Shown one piece after another: positions 38,042 through 49,400 of a DNA stretch of 64,000 bases. The position numbers and the translations under genes are program-made. Source of the stretch: an uncultured Chloroflexia bacterium (GTDB lineage: Bacteria > Chloroflexota > Limnocylindria > Limnocylindrales > CSP1-4); NCBI GenBank assembly GCA_963833225.1, contig CAWHXD010000019.1, positions 576,001-640,000 on the forward strand, written 5' to 3'. Numbering within the stretch: position 1 is the first letter of the stretch; every line of letters begins with the position of its first letter. The notes beneath the pieces were generated by a model. It worked only from the letters and a program-made list of their open reading frames with translations, had not been told where the DNA came from and ran no database searches.

Positions 38042-39308
38042 TCAGGACCGGGACGCGTCCGCCCTCGGAGGTCGCCCCGGGCGCGTCGGCCACGTCGGCA
38101 GCCCGCAGGTAGACGGGGTCGTCGCGGCGAATCGGGTCCGGGTTCGTGCCCCGCGCATGCGCGACGGCAAGGGTGACCAGCTGGAGCGGGCCGGCGGCGC
38201 CCAGCAGTGCCGCCGGTCCATTGGGCATCCCATCGTGGTCCGGCACGATGATTCGGCCCGCGGGCGTCAGCTCCGCGGGGATGCCAGCCGCTGCCGCCGC
38301 GCCGAGGATCGCCCCGACCCGGATCCCGGTGGCCGCCGCCGCCGCAAGCGCCTGCCGGGCGCGCCTCGTCCGCTTCTCGAGGGCGCCGCGCTCCAGCAGC
38401 ACCAGCACCAGCGCCGTCGACGGCCCGGTGGCCGGCAGGTGGCCATGGAGGAAGGTCTCGAGGTCGCGCATCGCAGAGGGGACGTAGGCGGCTTCCTCGA
38501 CCTTGAGCGTGAGCTCTCGCGCCGTGATCCGGTCCACGCCCGACGCCACGACCAGCAGGTGTGAAGCGGCCGCGATGTCCGCGCCGATCGCGGCGCCGGG
38601 GCGGGTGCCGTCGGGCCCGGCTGCGTGGGCTGCCTCGATGCCCGCGGCAAGCCGGTCCCGGATCCGGTCGGGGTTGGGCGTGCCGCCGGCGATGATCCCG
38701 GCCGTGACCGTGGCCGCGGCGATCGGCGACACGTAGCCCACGGTGTGGCACCAGGACTGGTCCAGCTCCACGGTCGCGAGGACGATCTCGGCTGCCGCCG
38801 ACGCCGGGGCGCCCGCCGACCCCGTGATCAGCGCCGTCCGGGCGCCATTGGCCCGCGCCGCCTCGAGCGCCGCGATCGTGGCCGCGGTGCCACCCTCATG
38901 GCTGATCCCGATGACCAGGCCCCGCGGCGGCGGGTCCTGGGCCAGCTCGAACGCCTGGACCGACACGGGTCCCCAGCCGGGCAGGCCGGCGGCCCGCCAG
39001 CCGTCGCGAAGGATTGCCGCCACGGCCATCGCCCCGTGCTCGGAGGTGCCGCAGCCCGTCACCACGACCGGGGCGCCATCCTCGCCCGCCGCACGCACCG
39101 CGCCGGCGAGAGCGGCGGCAGAGCCGTCGGCGACCAGCCGCCGCGCCACGCGAGCCCCCAGCGCGGGCTCCGCGGCGATCATCTCGGCCATCGCCCACGG
39201 AGGTCCAACACGAAGCGCGGGCATCGGCCCGTAGTCCCAGGGCTCGGGGGCGCCCGGGAGCGGATCGTCGGGTTGGAGGCCGGGCAGTGCGGCGAGCAGG
39301 TCGTCCAT
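38042..39308 (-). CDS. SIS domain protein (GlmS/AgaS-like sugar-phosphate isomerase); 3' end probably frameshifted
   Basis: VTGCGTSEH, GISHEGGT, WCHTVGY, ARELTLKVEE, ETFLHGH, GTNPDPIRR; annotated ORF runs antisense into the LLM gene, nearest plausible stop 38042 is +1. Confidence 0.8.
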
Positions 39309-39423
39309 GGCCGAGATCCTACGACCCGGCAGGCCCGCAGGCGTGGGTCGTTGCACGGCCCGCCCCGGCGGTGCTCGACGCGAGCCCAGCCCCAGTGCTG
39401 ACGCGCGCCGTGAGTTGGGGCCG

Positions 39424-39934
39424 CTATGGGGAGGGCATGGGTCCGGCCCGACCGCGCGCCAGCAGGTCTGCGCGTGCCGCCGCCGGCCGCCCGATCCGGC
39501 GCAGGGGCCCGTACCGGAACCACGCCCGGCCGAGGAGCGCGCTCACCGGAACCGGGCCGTACCGGCGTGAGTCGATTGCGGCCCCGTACCCGGCGGCCTC
39601 CAGGTCACGATCGTCGGCATCGCCAAGCAGCCAGGCTTCGTCGTCGGCCATCTGGAGCCAGCCGTCGGTGAACGGAACCCAGTCGCCCGGCCGCGCGGCG
39701 ACGCGTTTGATCGCGAGCACATCCGTGAACGGCTCGCGGACCACGACGATGCTGCCGCGCCGGGGCCAGCGGCGGATGGTCGGATCGACGAGCAGCCAGT
39801 CTCCGGGAACGATGGCGGGCGCCATGGATGCCCTCGGAAACGGTGACCCGCCACAAGCCACCGAGGGCGTCGCCGACCCAGTGCCCGGGGCGCGTCGCCC
39901 CACGAGCCACCCGTCTGGATCGAGCGCCCGCCAC
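39424..39934 (-). CDS. sodX: Nickel-SOD maturation protease (S26 family), +1 frameshift near 39829
   Basis: RVTVSEG/SMAPAI.PGDWLL, AIKRV, WLLGD, DSRRYGPV; directly downstream of sodN. Confidence 0.85.
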
Positions 39935-39947
39935 GCCCGCCTCACGA

Positions 39948-39975
39948 CGAGGCCCCGTCCATGGACGGGGCCTCG
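39948..39975. terminator. Perfect 28-bp palindrome between sodN and sodX
   Basis: CGAGGCCCCGTCCA|TGGACGGGGCCTCG. Confidence 0.7.
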
Positions 39976-40025
39976 GACTCTCCGAGCGCCGAGGCGACGC
40001 TCCCGCGAGCCATCGGCGCGAGGAT

Positions 40026-40457
40026 TCAGCCGGGGCGGCCGGCCACGCGGGTCTTGCCCAATCCGCCGGTCGCCTTCCAGGCCGCGTCGACGGCATCGAT
40101 CATGTCGAGCAGCACCTTGGCGTCGGCGAGGTCCGTGCTCGCCTTGACCTTGCTGACCTGCTTGTTGGCGTTCCAGAACAGCTCGTGGAGGTTGGGGACG
40201 GCCTCGAGATGCTCGGGCTTGAAGTAGTCGTGCCAGAGGACATCGAGGTGGTGCTTGACGAGCTCCGCCCGGTCCTCCTTGATCTTGATGGCGCGGGTCC
40301 GGAAGGTCGCGTCCTCGTTGGCCGCGTACTTCTCGATGATCCGGTAGCAGGACTCGGCCTCGATGCGGGCCTGCTCGGGGTCGTAGACCCCGCACGGCAG
40401 GTCGCAGTGCGCGTGGGCGGTGGCCCTGGGGGCGAGGATCCGGGAGACGAACGACAT
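40026..40457 (-). CDS. sodN: Nickel-containing superoxide dismutase
   Basis: Leader then nickel hook HCDLPCGVYDP; VKHHLDVLWHDYFKP. Confidence 0.97.
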   Translation of the reverse strand: MSFVSRILAPRATAHAHCDLPCGVYDPEQARIEAESCYRIIEKYAANEDATFRTRAIKIKEDRAELVKHHLDVLWHDYFKPEHLEAVPNLHELFWNANKQVSKVKASTDLADAKVLLDMIDAVDAAWKATGGLGKTRVAGRPG

Positions 40458-40612
40458 GTGAAGGTGACCTCCGGGCAGGGGCGGCAACGTGATCGCCGCG
40501 GGTCGTCGGGCCGGGCTGTGGCCCGCACCTGAAGTGTCCGCGCGACTGCCAAGGACTGTCAAACGCCGAACCCTCCGGGCTGGAGCGTCGATGGCCGGGT
40601 ATCATCGCGCCG

Positions 40613-41935
40613 ATGACCGAGCGAGGGATCCCCGCTGACGCCGCGCCGGCCTGCCCGTTCGTGGCGTTCGAGGACGACCGCGACGGTCGGGCCACCGCGC
40701 CGGATCACCGGCACCGCTGCTTCGCCGAGGCGCGGCCGGCGCCCCGTGCGCTGGCACACCAGGAGGCCTACTGCCTGTCGTCGGCCTTCCCCGTATGCCC
40801 GACGTTCCAGGACTGGGCCCGTCGCGAGGCCGCCGCCGCGAGGCCGGCGCCGCCAGACCTGCCGCCGTCCGATGAGCCACCCCGTGCCCGCCCGTCGGCT
40901 CCGGTCGAAGACGATCCGCGCCGCGCCCCCTGGGCCGACACGCCGCAGCCCATCCCGCCGCGGCGGACGCAGCAACGGGACTGGGCCGCGCCACCGCCGT
41001 GGGTGGGCGAGGACGCCGACCGCCCCGAGGTCGGGGCCACCTCGAGTGCCCTGTGGGGCCCCAACGCCGGGGCGGACGCCGGCGAAGTGCCCCCGCGCGT
41101 GTCGGATCGTGGCCCGGCGCGCGACTCCGCACCAGGGCCGGACGAATGGCGCAGCGGGGCCCGCGGCCTGGCCGGGAGCGCGGCCGACCGGCTTGCCGGG
41201 CCCGACCCGGATGAGCCACGCGCTGCGATCGCTGAGCCGTACGACCCCGAGATGACCCCTGCCCGTGCCCGGGACCGCGACGATGCCGAGTACGCGCGGG
41301 ACCGTGACGATGCCCAGTACCTTCCGCCCTCCCGCCGGTCTAGGCGTGGATCGCGTCCCGCCGACCCTCGCCGGGCCGCCCGCGGCGAACCCCGTCCGGA
41401 TCCGAGGCCCGGGAGGCGGGACCAGGTGCGTCCGCCGACCGCGCAGGATCCGCAGGAGCTGTTCGGGCCGGCGTGGGAGGCGCCACGCCGCTACGAGGCC
41501 TACCCGTCGCTGCGAACCCGGATGGGCCTGCCCCGCGTCGCGGGCCTTCCCAAGGTCGCGTTGTGGGGGATCCTGCTGCTCCTTGTCGCGCTCCTCCTGT
41601 TCCTGTTCGGGCCCAGCCTCCTGGGTCTCGCCGGCGGCGACGGCGGGGCTGCCTCGCCGACCCCGTCGGCCACGGTCGCGATCACGCCCACACCGGTGCC
41701 GACCGAGCCGCCCGCTCCGACGCCGCAGGTCTACGTCGTGGCGAAGGGAGACACGATGTCGAAGATCGCCAAGAAGTTCGGCGTGACCGTCGAGGAGATC
41801 ATGGCGGCCAACCCGAAGATCAAGAACCCCGACAAGATCGGGATCGGCGATGAGATCACGATCCCGCTGCCGGCCGACGAGAACGGGTTCGGGGCGGGCG
41901 ACGGGACGGTGGTGGGAGAGTCGGCCGCCCCCTGA
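40613..41935 (+). CDS. Membrane-anchored LysM protein with N-terminal Cys/His cluster
   Basis: CPF...HRC...HQEAYCL...CP, Pro/Arg-rich linker, TM helix, YVVAKGDTMSKIAKKFGV..EEIMAANP LysM. Confidence 0.88.
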   Translation: MTERGIPADAAPACPFVAFEDDRDGRATAPDHRHRCFAEARPAPRALAHQEAYCLSSAFPVCPTFQDWARREAAAARPAPPDLPPSDEPPRARPSAPVEDDPRRAPWADTPQPIPPRRTQQRDWAAPPPWVGEDADRPEVGATSSALWGPNAGADAGEVPPRVSDRGPARDSAPGPDEWRSGARGLAGSAADRLAGPDPDEPRAAIAEPYDPEMTPARARDRDDAEYARDRDDAQYLPPSRRSRRGSRPADPRRAARGEPRPDPRPGRRDQVRPPTAQDPQELFGPAWEAPRRYEAYPSLRTRMGLPRVAGLPKVALWGILLLLVALLLFLFGPSLLGLAGGDGGAASPTPSATVAITPTPVPTEPPAPTPQVYVVAKGDTMSKIAKKFGVTVEEIMAANPKIKNPDKIGIGDEITIPLPADENGFGAGDGTVVGESAAP

Positions 41936-41976
41936 CGCGCGCGGCGACGACCGCGAGACCCGCTCGCGCGAGACCG

Positions 41977-42312
41977 TTACCGCGAGAAGGGCGTCAGGTT
42001 GATCGACGTGATCTTGCCGGTCTCGACCCGGAACTGGGCATCGAGGTGCTGGCTGGGAGCGCCCGGTCGGACGACGATGATGTCCGCCTGGTAGGTGTTG
42101 CCGATGTCCCGTACGTCCCCGGGGACCATCTTGAGCCCCTTGTCGGCTCGCAGGAACCAGCCACCCACCTGCTCCAGCCCGCGCAGCGTCCGGGCGTTGT
42201 CACCGACATGGATGCGCATCTCCACGCGCTCGTCCATCAGGGCCACGGCGGCGTCGATCTCGCCCGCGTTGAGCTGCTCGAAGAAGATCTCCATGGTGTC
42301 GGCGGCTCCCAT
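41977..42312 (-). CDS. SnoaL-like/NTF2-family protein
   Basis: FFEQLNAGEIDAAVALMDE...FRVETGKITSI; TACACT 6 nt upstream. Confidence 0.75.
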   Translation of the reverse strand: MGAADTMEIFFEQLNAGEIDAAVALMDERVEMRIHVGDNARTLRGLEQVGGWFLRADKGLKMVPGDVRDIGNTYQADIIVVRPGAPSQHLDAQFRVETGKITSINLTPFSR

Positions 42313-42375
42313 GGCCGGAGTGTACCCCGAGCGGCCTCCCCGGCCTGTTGCCCGCCGGCCGCCGCCGGGACGGTC

Positions 42376-44070
42376 CTAGAAGCCGCCGCCCGCCCCGCCT
42401 CCGCCGCCCCCGGAGCTGCCGCCGGAGAAGCCGCCGCCGCCGGATCCGGACGAGGACGGCGAGTTCCCGATGGTGCCCAGGGCGGCCATCATGCCGCCGA
42501 AGTTGGGGATCGGGGAGGAGCTCATCATCCCTGGTGCCCAGCCGCCGCCACCGTGGCCATCGCCCCACGAGCCAGACCCGCTCGAATACCAGAGCGGGAA
42601 GTATCCGCTGCGTGAGCGTCCGGCGGAGAAGTCCTCGGCCGACCGCTGGAGGACTCGCTCGACATCCTCCTGGAGGCCGAGGGCCGTGCCCCAGACGACG
42701 GCGTCATCGGGGTCCTCGATGAGCGGGATCGCGGACTCCTCCACGACCTGGCCCATCGACCGGGCCTGCGCCATCGTCTTCTCGAGGGTCCGCCGGTAGG
42801 CCTCGAGCATGGCCACGACCACGGCGCCGGCCTGCGTTCGCGCCGGCATGACGGTCGAGATGATGAACAGCCAGACGGCCGAAGCGATCAGCGAGAGGCC
42901 GATCAGGACCAAGCCCGAGGACGGCAGGTTGGCACCCAGGATGATCGAGCCGATGGCCAGCACGAACGCGACCACGCCGAGCGCGGCCCAGCGTCCGGAC
43001 GTCCGCGTCGGCGGCTCGCGATACCACCCCTCCTGCACCAGGTGCTTCTCCAGGTTCGAGTTGAAGCTGGAGACGTAGGTTCCGAGCTTGAGGATGTCGT
43101 CGGGCTCGATCCAGCCGTCCGAGCCCCCCACGCTGTGCAGCCGGCCCAGCAGGTAGGCCGTGCCCTCGTCCAGCGGCCGCCGCCGGACGCGCGCGAGGCG
43201 AGCCTGCTCCACCGGGTCCTGCGTCATCGAATCCCGGGTGTAGATCCCGAGCTCCTGCTTGCCGCTCCCGAACAGGTGCGGCTTCTCGATGTTCTGGAAC
43301 GCGATCCGGCCGCGAGCGGCCAGATCCAGGCTGGCCGCCGTGAGCGCCCGGCGGGTGACGCTGCCGTCACGCATGGCGGCGCCGGCGGCGGGCGTGAGCC
43401 CCGGGGGCGGCGCAGGCATCAGGATCGAGGGGTCGTCGAGATAGACCGGATCCCGCCCGGCGCGGAACCAGCGGAACAGGGAGTAGGCGACGGCCAGGAG
43501 CAGGATGGCGGGCGCCAGGAGCAGCCCCAGCACCGCGTTGAGCTGCCTGGCGCCGGGGACCGCGCTGATCTTGTCAATCGCCGTGAGCAGCGCCCCGTTG
43601 ATGTCGCAGTTCCGGAGATGCGGCAGCATGTCGTTCTCGAAGATCCGCTGCCGGTCGTCGTTGGACAGCCACGCCTCGCGGTACCCGGACCCGGCGTACA
43701 GCTGGACCTGCCCGTGGCACGGGTCGTCCCCGTAGAGGTCGAACAGGATCACGAGGCCGTCGTTGATCCCGGCGCGCCCAACGCCCCACTGGTCCATCAG
43801 CGCGATCGCGTGCTGCTCCGCCTCGACGTAGTCGACGCCGCGGTCGACGAGCTGGGTGTAGACCACGATCTCGGCGCCGGTGTCGGCCTCGATCTTGTCG
43901 ATCTGGGCCTCCACCGTCGCGATCGTCGAGGCCTCGAGCACGCCCGCGGTGTCGTACACCGCCTGGTTGTTGACGGGATCCGGGAACGGGGGTCCGGCCC
44001 CGAGCGCGAGTGCGGGGGCGAGCCCGATGGCCGTGAGCGCGGCGGCCAACGCGAGTCGGACGGTGGACAT
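42376..44070 (-). CDS. TPM domain + DUF2207-like membrane protein
   Basis: VYDTAGVL, GAEIVVYT, WGVGRAGINDGLVIL; PPPGLTPA, LDLAARG; Gly-rich GGGGGGAGGGF tail. Confidence 0.85.
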   Translation of the reverse strand: MSTVRLALAAALTAIGLAPALALGAGPPFPDPVNNQAVYDTAGVLEASTIATVEAQIDKIEADTGAEIVVYTQLVDRGVDYVEAEQHAIALMDQWGVGRAGINDGLVILFDLYGDDPCHGQVQLYAGSGYREAWLSNDDRQRIFENDMLPHLRNCDINGALLTAIDKISAVPGARQLNAVLGLLLAPAILLLAVAYSLFRWFRAGRDPVYLDDPSILMPAPPPGLTPAAGAAMRDGSVTRRALTAASLDLAARGRIAFQNIEKPHLFGSGKQELGIYTRDSMTQDPVEQARLARVRRRPLDEGTAYLLGRLHSVGGSDGWIEPDDILKLGTYVSSFNSNLEKHLVQEGWYREPPTRTSGRWAALGVVAFVLAIGSIILGANLPSSGLVLIGLSLIASAVWLFIISTVMPARTQAGAVVVAMLEAYRRTLEKTMAQARSMGQVVEESAIPLIEDPDDAVVWGTALGLQEDVERVLQRSAEDFSAGRSRSGYFPLWYSSGSGSWGDGHGGGGWAPGMMSSSPIPNFGGMMAALGTIGNSPSSSGSGGGGFSGGSSGGGGGGAGGGF

Positions 44071-44106
44071 GCGGGAATCCTCCGCTGCCGGGGATCGGCG
44101 CAATCG

Positions 44107-44506
44107 TCAGTCGCGGACGAACATGCCGATCACCGCCGTGATGATCGACAGCAGCACCGACGCGATCAGGGCACCGACCACGGTGTCGGAGCTGAGATCC
44201 GCGACTGGCCAGCCGCCGATCGTGAACTTGACGGCCGTGAACAGGTGGATCCCATAGGCGATCGCCAGCAGCAGCGCCGCGTTGATCGCGAACCCGGAGA
44301 GGCCCATCGTCAGCAGCGACACCGGGAAGGACAGTCGCCTGCACGATCGGCTTGATCGTGGAGTTGACGACGCCGATCACGATCGCGACCAGGATCTGGT
44401 TGGGCCACAGGTCGCCCTTGATCTGGATCAGCGACGCCGGCAGGATCTGGAGCAGGAGCAGGAATGCGATCGCGCCCGCCGCGATTGCCAGGATGAAGCC
44501 TTTCAC
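44107..44506 (-). CDS. 4-TM phage holin family membrane protein (YvlD-like), +1 frameshift near 44335
   Basis: AIVIGVVNSTIKPIVQA/LSFPVSLLTMGL.GFAINA; GGAGG RBS; length 3n+1. Confidence 0.8.
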
Positions 44507-44681
44507 GACAGCCCTCCGTGCGATGGAACGACACGGCGGCCGAAGCCGATGTGCCGGACGCCGTGTCCGATGATGGCAGATAGAGCCACACGGTCGCACG
44601 CCCGGATCTCGCAGCCTCGCCGAGGCCTGGTCCAGCGTGACCGGGCTATCCTCGGTGGACCGAATCCCCTGGAGGTGTCCG

Positions 44682-46442
44682 TTGTCCGCCTTCGACGACC
44701 TCGTTTCCGGTCTGCTCGAGGAGCTGTTCGCGCTCCAGCCGGAGCTCGCAACCGCCATCGGCGACCACCGGTACGACGACCAGTGGTCGGACATGAGCGA
44801 GTCCGGCCGACGGGCGCGTCTTGCGTTCGCCGACCGCTGGGAGGACACGCTCGAACGCCTCGATGAGGCGCGGCTGTCCGCCGATGAGCGGATCGACGCC
44901 GACCTGCTCCGGGGCGAGCTGGCGGCGCTCCGGTTTGCCGAGGCCGAGCTCATCGAGGAGGCATGGAGCCCGCTCGCCTGGGTGTACCTGCTTGGTGGTG
45001 GCCTCCATCCGCTGCTGACCCGCGAGTTCGCCCCCCTTGCCGTCCGACTGGCATCGGTCCTGGGGCGGCTTGAGGGGATCCCGCGGCTGCTCGACCAGGC
45101 GCGGCAGGTCGTGGGCACCCACCCCACGCGCCCGGTGGCGCGACTCCATGCCGAGGCGGCCGCCCGACGGATCGGTGGCGTCGGGGAGCTCGCCCGAGAC
45201 GCGGTGGCCCAGGCCGAGGCGGCTGCCGCCGACGACCCCGACGTGGCCCTGCTCCTTCCGGAGCTGACCCGGGCCGCGGACGAGGCCGTCGCCGCGATCG
45301 AGGCGATGGCGCGCCACCTGGCCGACGAGGTCGTCCCCAACGTCAGCGGGCCCTCCGAGCTCGGCGAGCCGCTCTACACGCGGAAGCTCCGCCACACGCT
45401 CCGTGACCCGGCGATCACCGCCGCCGACGTCCTCGCCAGGGCAGAGGCGGAGTACGCGGTGGTGCGCGCGGAGATGGTCCGGATCGCCCGCGACATCTGG
45501 CCGCGGTGGCGGCCCGGCGAGGTGGCCCCCACGGACGAGGGCGACCTGGTCCGTGGCACGCTCGACGCCATCGCGGCCGAGCACCCCGGCGCCGATGAGC
45601 TGGTGGCCGCCTGTACGGCAGAGCTCGCCCGCATCGAGGCCTTCTGCCGGGAACGCGGGATCATCACCCTCGCCGAGGAGCCTCTCCAGATCGACTGGAC
45701 GCCGGAGTTCATGCGCTCGTTCGGCGGTGCGATGCTGGACTCGCCGGGGCCGCTCGATGCGGGCCAACGGGCGTTCTTCTCGATCACGCCGGTCCGCGAC
45801 GAGTGGTCGCCGGACGAGGTGGAGTCCTACCTGCGCGAGATGAGCTCGCGGCAGATCAAGCTGCTCACGATCCACGAGGCGGTCCCCGGCCACTACCTCC
45901 AGGGCGCCCACGGCAACCGCGGCACGTCGCTCGTCCGGCGCGTGTTCGGGTCGGGGCTGTTCGCCGAGGGCTGGGCGGTGTACGTGACCCAGATCATGCT
46001 CGACCGTGGATACGCCGATGATGATCCCGCGCTCTGGCTTGTCCACTGGAAGTTCTACCTGCGGGCCGTCATCAACGCCATCATCGACGTCCGGATCCAC
46101 ACCGCCGGGATGGCGTCCGATGAGGCGATCGCGCTCATGGTCGACGGCGGGTTCCAGGAGCGTGCCGAAGCCCTCGCCAAGGACGAGCGGGCGCGCCTCT
46201 CGTCCACCCAGCTCGTGACGTACTTCATGGGCTCGGTCGGGATGTGGGACATCGAGGACGCGGCCCGCCGCAGGGCGGCCGCAGCTGCCGGGGCGGGCGA
46301 GGATGCCGTGCCGTCCCCCAGGGTCGTGGGCGGCTACCCGGCGACCCCCGGGTTCGATGAACGGGCGCACCTCGAGGCGATCATCGCCAACGGCGAGCCA
46401 CCGATCCCGATCCTGCGGCGGATCATGCTCGGGGACGGCTGA
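44682..46442 (+). CDS. DUF885 domain-containing protein
   Basis: PELATAIGDHRYD, TIHEAVPGHYLQ, FAEGWAVY, TQLVTYF.G. Confidence 0.92.
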   Translation: MSAFDDLVSGLLEELFALQPELATAIGDHRYDDQWSDMSESGRRARLAFADRWEDTLERLDEARLSADERIDADLLRGELAALRFAEAELIEEAWSPLAWVYLLGGGLHPLLTREFAPLAVRLASVLGRLEGIPRLLDQARQVVGTHPTRPVARLHAEAAARRIGGVGELARDAVAQAEAAAADDPDVALLLPELTRAADEAVAAIEAMARHLADEVVPNVSGPSELGEPLYTRKLRHTLRDPAITAADVLARAEAEYAVVRAEMVRIARDIWPRWRPGEVAPTDEGDLVRGTLDAIAAEHPGADELVAACTAELARIEAFCRERGIITLAEEPLQIDWTPEFMRSFGGAMLDSPGPLDAGQRAFFSITPVRDEWSPDEVESYLREMSSRQIKLLTIHEAVPGHYLQGAHGNRGTSLVRRVFGSGLFAEGWAVYVTQIMLDRGYADDDPALWLVHWKFYLRAVINAIIDVRIHTAGMASDEAIALMVDGGFQERAEALAKDERARLSSTQLVTYFMGSVGMWDIEDAARRRAAAAAGAGEDAVPSPRVVGGYPATPGFDERAHLEAIIANGEPPIPILRRIMLGDG

Positions 46443-46445
46443 CGG

Positions 46446-49400
46446 CTACCTGTCCGTTCGAGGCTTCTTGCTTCGAGCGGCCCTGGCGCGCTTCTTCGTG
46501 GGCTTGACGCCCTGCGCTGCCGCCGCGCGGCCGCCGGCGGACGACGCGCCCAGCGAAGCTCGCAGGAGGTCCACCCGGTAACCGGAGGTCTCGGCCGCGC
46601 TGGCCAGCTTCCGCTCGAGCACCGACCGCCCGGGAGCTCGCCCGCCGCCCCCGGCGGGGGCTGCCACGACCTGATCTAGCCGGGCCATCCACGCGAGCAG
46701 CTCGACCCAGGATTCCCGGTGGAACCACTCGACGCCATCCCAGGCGTTGACCCGGATGAACGGACGAACGGCCGGGTGCGCCAGCCAGGCGTCGACCAGT
46801 CGGAGGGGGAGCGTTCCGGCCGGTCCTCCGATCGCCGACGGGAGTGGCAGGTCCAGCAGGGTTCGAACGCGCTCCGCCGCCCACCACGCCGCGCCCTCGT
46901 CCAGGCCCCGGCCCCGGAGGGCATCGGCCACGACCGGCGCCAGCCGCAGCTCCTCGTACCAGGCCCGGCTCGTCGGCCCGACCGGTGCGCCCTCGGGCAG
47001 CGACCCGAGCGGCGAGAGCAGCGTCCAGACCAGCAGCGCGGCCGCCTGCGACGGGTCCTCGATGGCGTCCGCCTGGCGCTGTGAGGCCTCCCAGCGGGCG
47101 ACGACCCGCTCGACCACGGCCCCGCGGTCGCCCAGGGTGCCGGTCGCCTCGGCGACCGCGTCCACGACCCGCCATGCGGCGTCGCGCGACGGCTCGGCGA
47201 TCGCGGCCCGCAGGGCGTCGTGGACTGGCCCGAGCTGCTGGTTGCGCAGCTCATCCTCGAGCGACGGCACCCCGCGCTCGCCGATCCGCTCCGCCAGACG
47301 GCGCCAGATCCCGGCCCCGTCGTGGAGCTCGCGCATGTCCCAGAACACCCGGCTCTCATAGGCGTGGAGCCCGACGTGCAGGCCGCGCTCGCGGATCTCC
47401 GCCACGGATCGCAGGTACTCCAGCGACGAGCGCTGCTCGCGGAACGCCAGCCAGCGGTCGTCCGCTGGGCCGTCGCCCAGGCCCAGGCCGTCCGCCAGCG
47501 TCCGGGTCACGACCCGCTTTGACCCGTCCTCGCTCTTGACCGCGAACGGCACCGAGGTGTGGATCCAGCCCGACGTGTCGCCGTACCGGTTGTGGTAGAC
47601 CACCAGCGACCGGGATCCGCCCGACCCGTTCGAATACGCGTACACGTTCTCGTCCACGCCGCCCGCGTCGTGGCCAACGTCGTACAGGGTGAAGTTCCGC
47701 GCCTCGGCGAAGTCGCCGCGCCGGTGGAGCAGCGGCACGATGTCGTGCTCGTGGCGCGCCACCAGCCATTCGTCCGGTCGCTCGTCCAGCGTGGCGCGCC
47801 GGAACTCCATGCCGTACTTCTCGGCGTAGCCCTCGAACTGGCCGTGCCCGAACATCGGCAGTCCCGGCAGCGTCGCGAGGAGCGTGGTCACGCCGAAGGA
47901 CTTGTCGCCCTTCCCGAACTGCTCGACGGTGGTCTTCTCGTCGGGGTTGTTCATGAAGTTGACATAGCGCTGGAGGATCTCGGGGTCGAACTCCAGGGTC
48001 TCCTTGATGACCCGGCGGTAGCCCGCGTTGTCCTCGTCCCGGAGCATGTGCATGAACGCGCTGTTGTAGACGCGGTGCATGCCCAGGGTGCGGACGAAGT
48101 AGCCCTCGAGGAGCCAGAAGGCCTCCGCGAGGAGCAACGTGTCGGGCACCTCGGCCGCCACCCGGTCCACGACCTCGCGCCAGAACTCGACGGGCATCGC
48201 CGCGTCGAACTGGGCCTGGGTCATCGTCCCGAACTCGGCGCGCGAGGGGATGGCGCCGCCACCCTCGCCGGGGCCAGGGAACCACAGCCGCCGGACGTGC
48301 TTCTTCGCGAGCACCATCGCGGCGTCGAAGCGGATGACCGGGAACCGGCGCGCGACCGCGAGGATCGTCTGGATCACCTGCTCGCGGACGGCCGCCGACG
48401 AGAAGTCGAGCTGCGCCGTGTCGTTCCACGGGAAGCTCGTGCCGTCGTTGCCGTGGTAGATGTAGCGCCGCTCGCCGGACCAGCGGTCGCGCCACTCGAA
48501 GGTGACGGCGGCGTCGCTGTTGTCCCAGTAGTGATCCTCGAGGCGGACATCCACCCGGTCGTGCTCGGCCAGGTTCTCGCCGCTGAACGTGTAGCCGGGG
48601 TATGGCGGCTCGGGGAGCGACAGGAACCAGTCGGGATGGTCCGTGACCCACCGCGAGTCGATCCCCATGTGGTTGGGCACCATGTCCGACGCCAGCCGGA
48701 CGCCCCGCTGCCACGCCCGGTGGCGCAGGTTCGCCCACGCGTCCTCGCCCCCGAGGTCACCCGCGATGACGTAGTCGTCGAGGGAGTAGGCCGATGCCGC
48801 CGCGTCCGGGTTGCCGCGCCAGATCTTGATCCGCTGCGAGGCCTTGCTCCGCTCCCAGAGCCCGATCAGCCACAGGCCCGTGATGCCCAGGCGGGCGAGC
48901 CGGTCGAGCTCCTCGTCCGGGATGGCGTCGAGGGTGCGGATGTCCCGCCCGTACGCGCGCGACAGCTGGTCCAGCCAGACGTGGGTGCTCTTGGCGATCA
49001 GCACCAGCCGCGGCATCCAGGCGGAGTCGCTGGAGAACCGCTCGGGCTCCGCCTCGAGGCCCGACAGGTCCGGCGCCTCGCCGTGATCGGCACCGCCCCC
49101 GCCCCCGCCGCCACCACCGCCGAAGCGCAGGTGGAGCCCGCGCTCCTCCTCGCCGATCACGTCCAGGGTGAGCAGCATCCGGTCCAGCAGCGAGTCGAGC
49201 GCGCCGCCGAGGAGCGCGCCCCAGTGCTCCTTCACGTAGCGCAGCTGCCCGGCCAGCGACGTGGGGTGCGCACGGGCCGGCGCCCGAAGCAGCTCCACCA
49301 GCGTCTCGCCGTTGGGACCGACCGGGGGCAGGGAACCCTGGTACGCCTCGAGCGCGGCCATCGCGGCGGTGCGCTCGGGCCGGGGGAGGGGAGTGTCGTC

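Noticed and set aside
44107-44506. Prophage suggested by holin-family gene
   Set aside because: This 4-TM family is commonly chromosomal and no other phage genes are present
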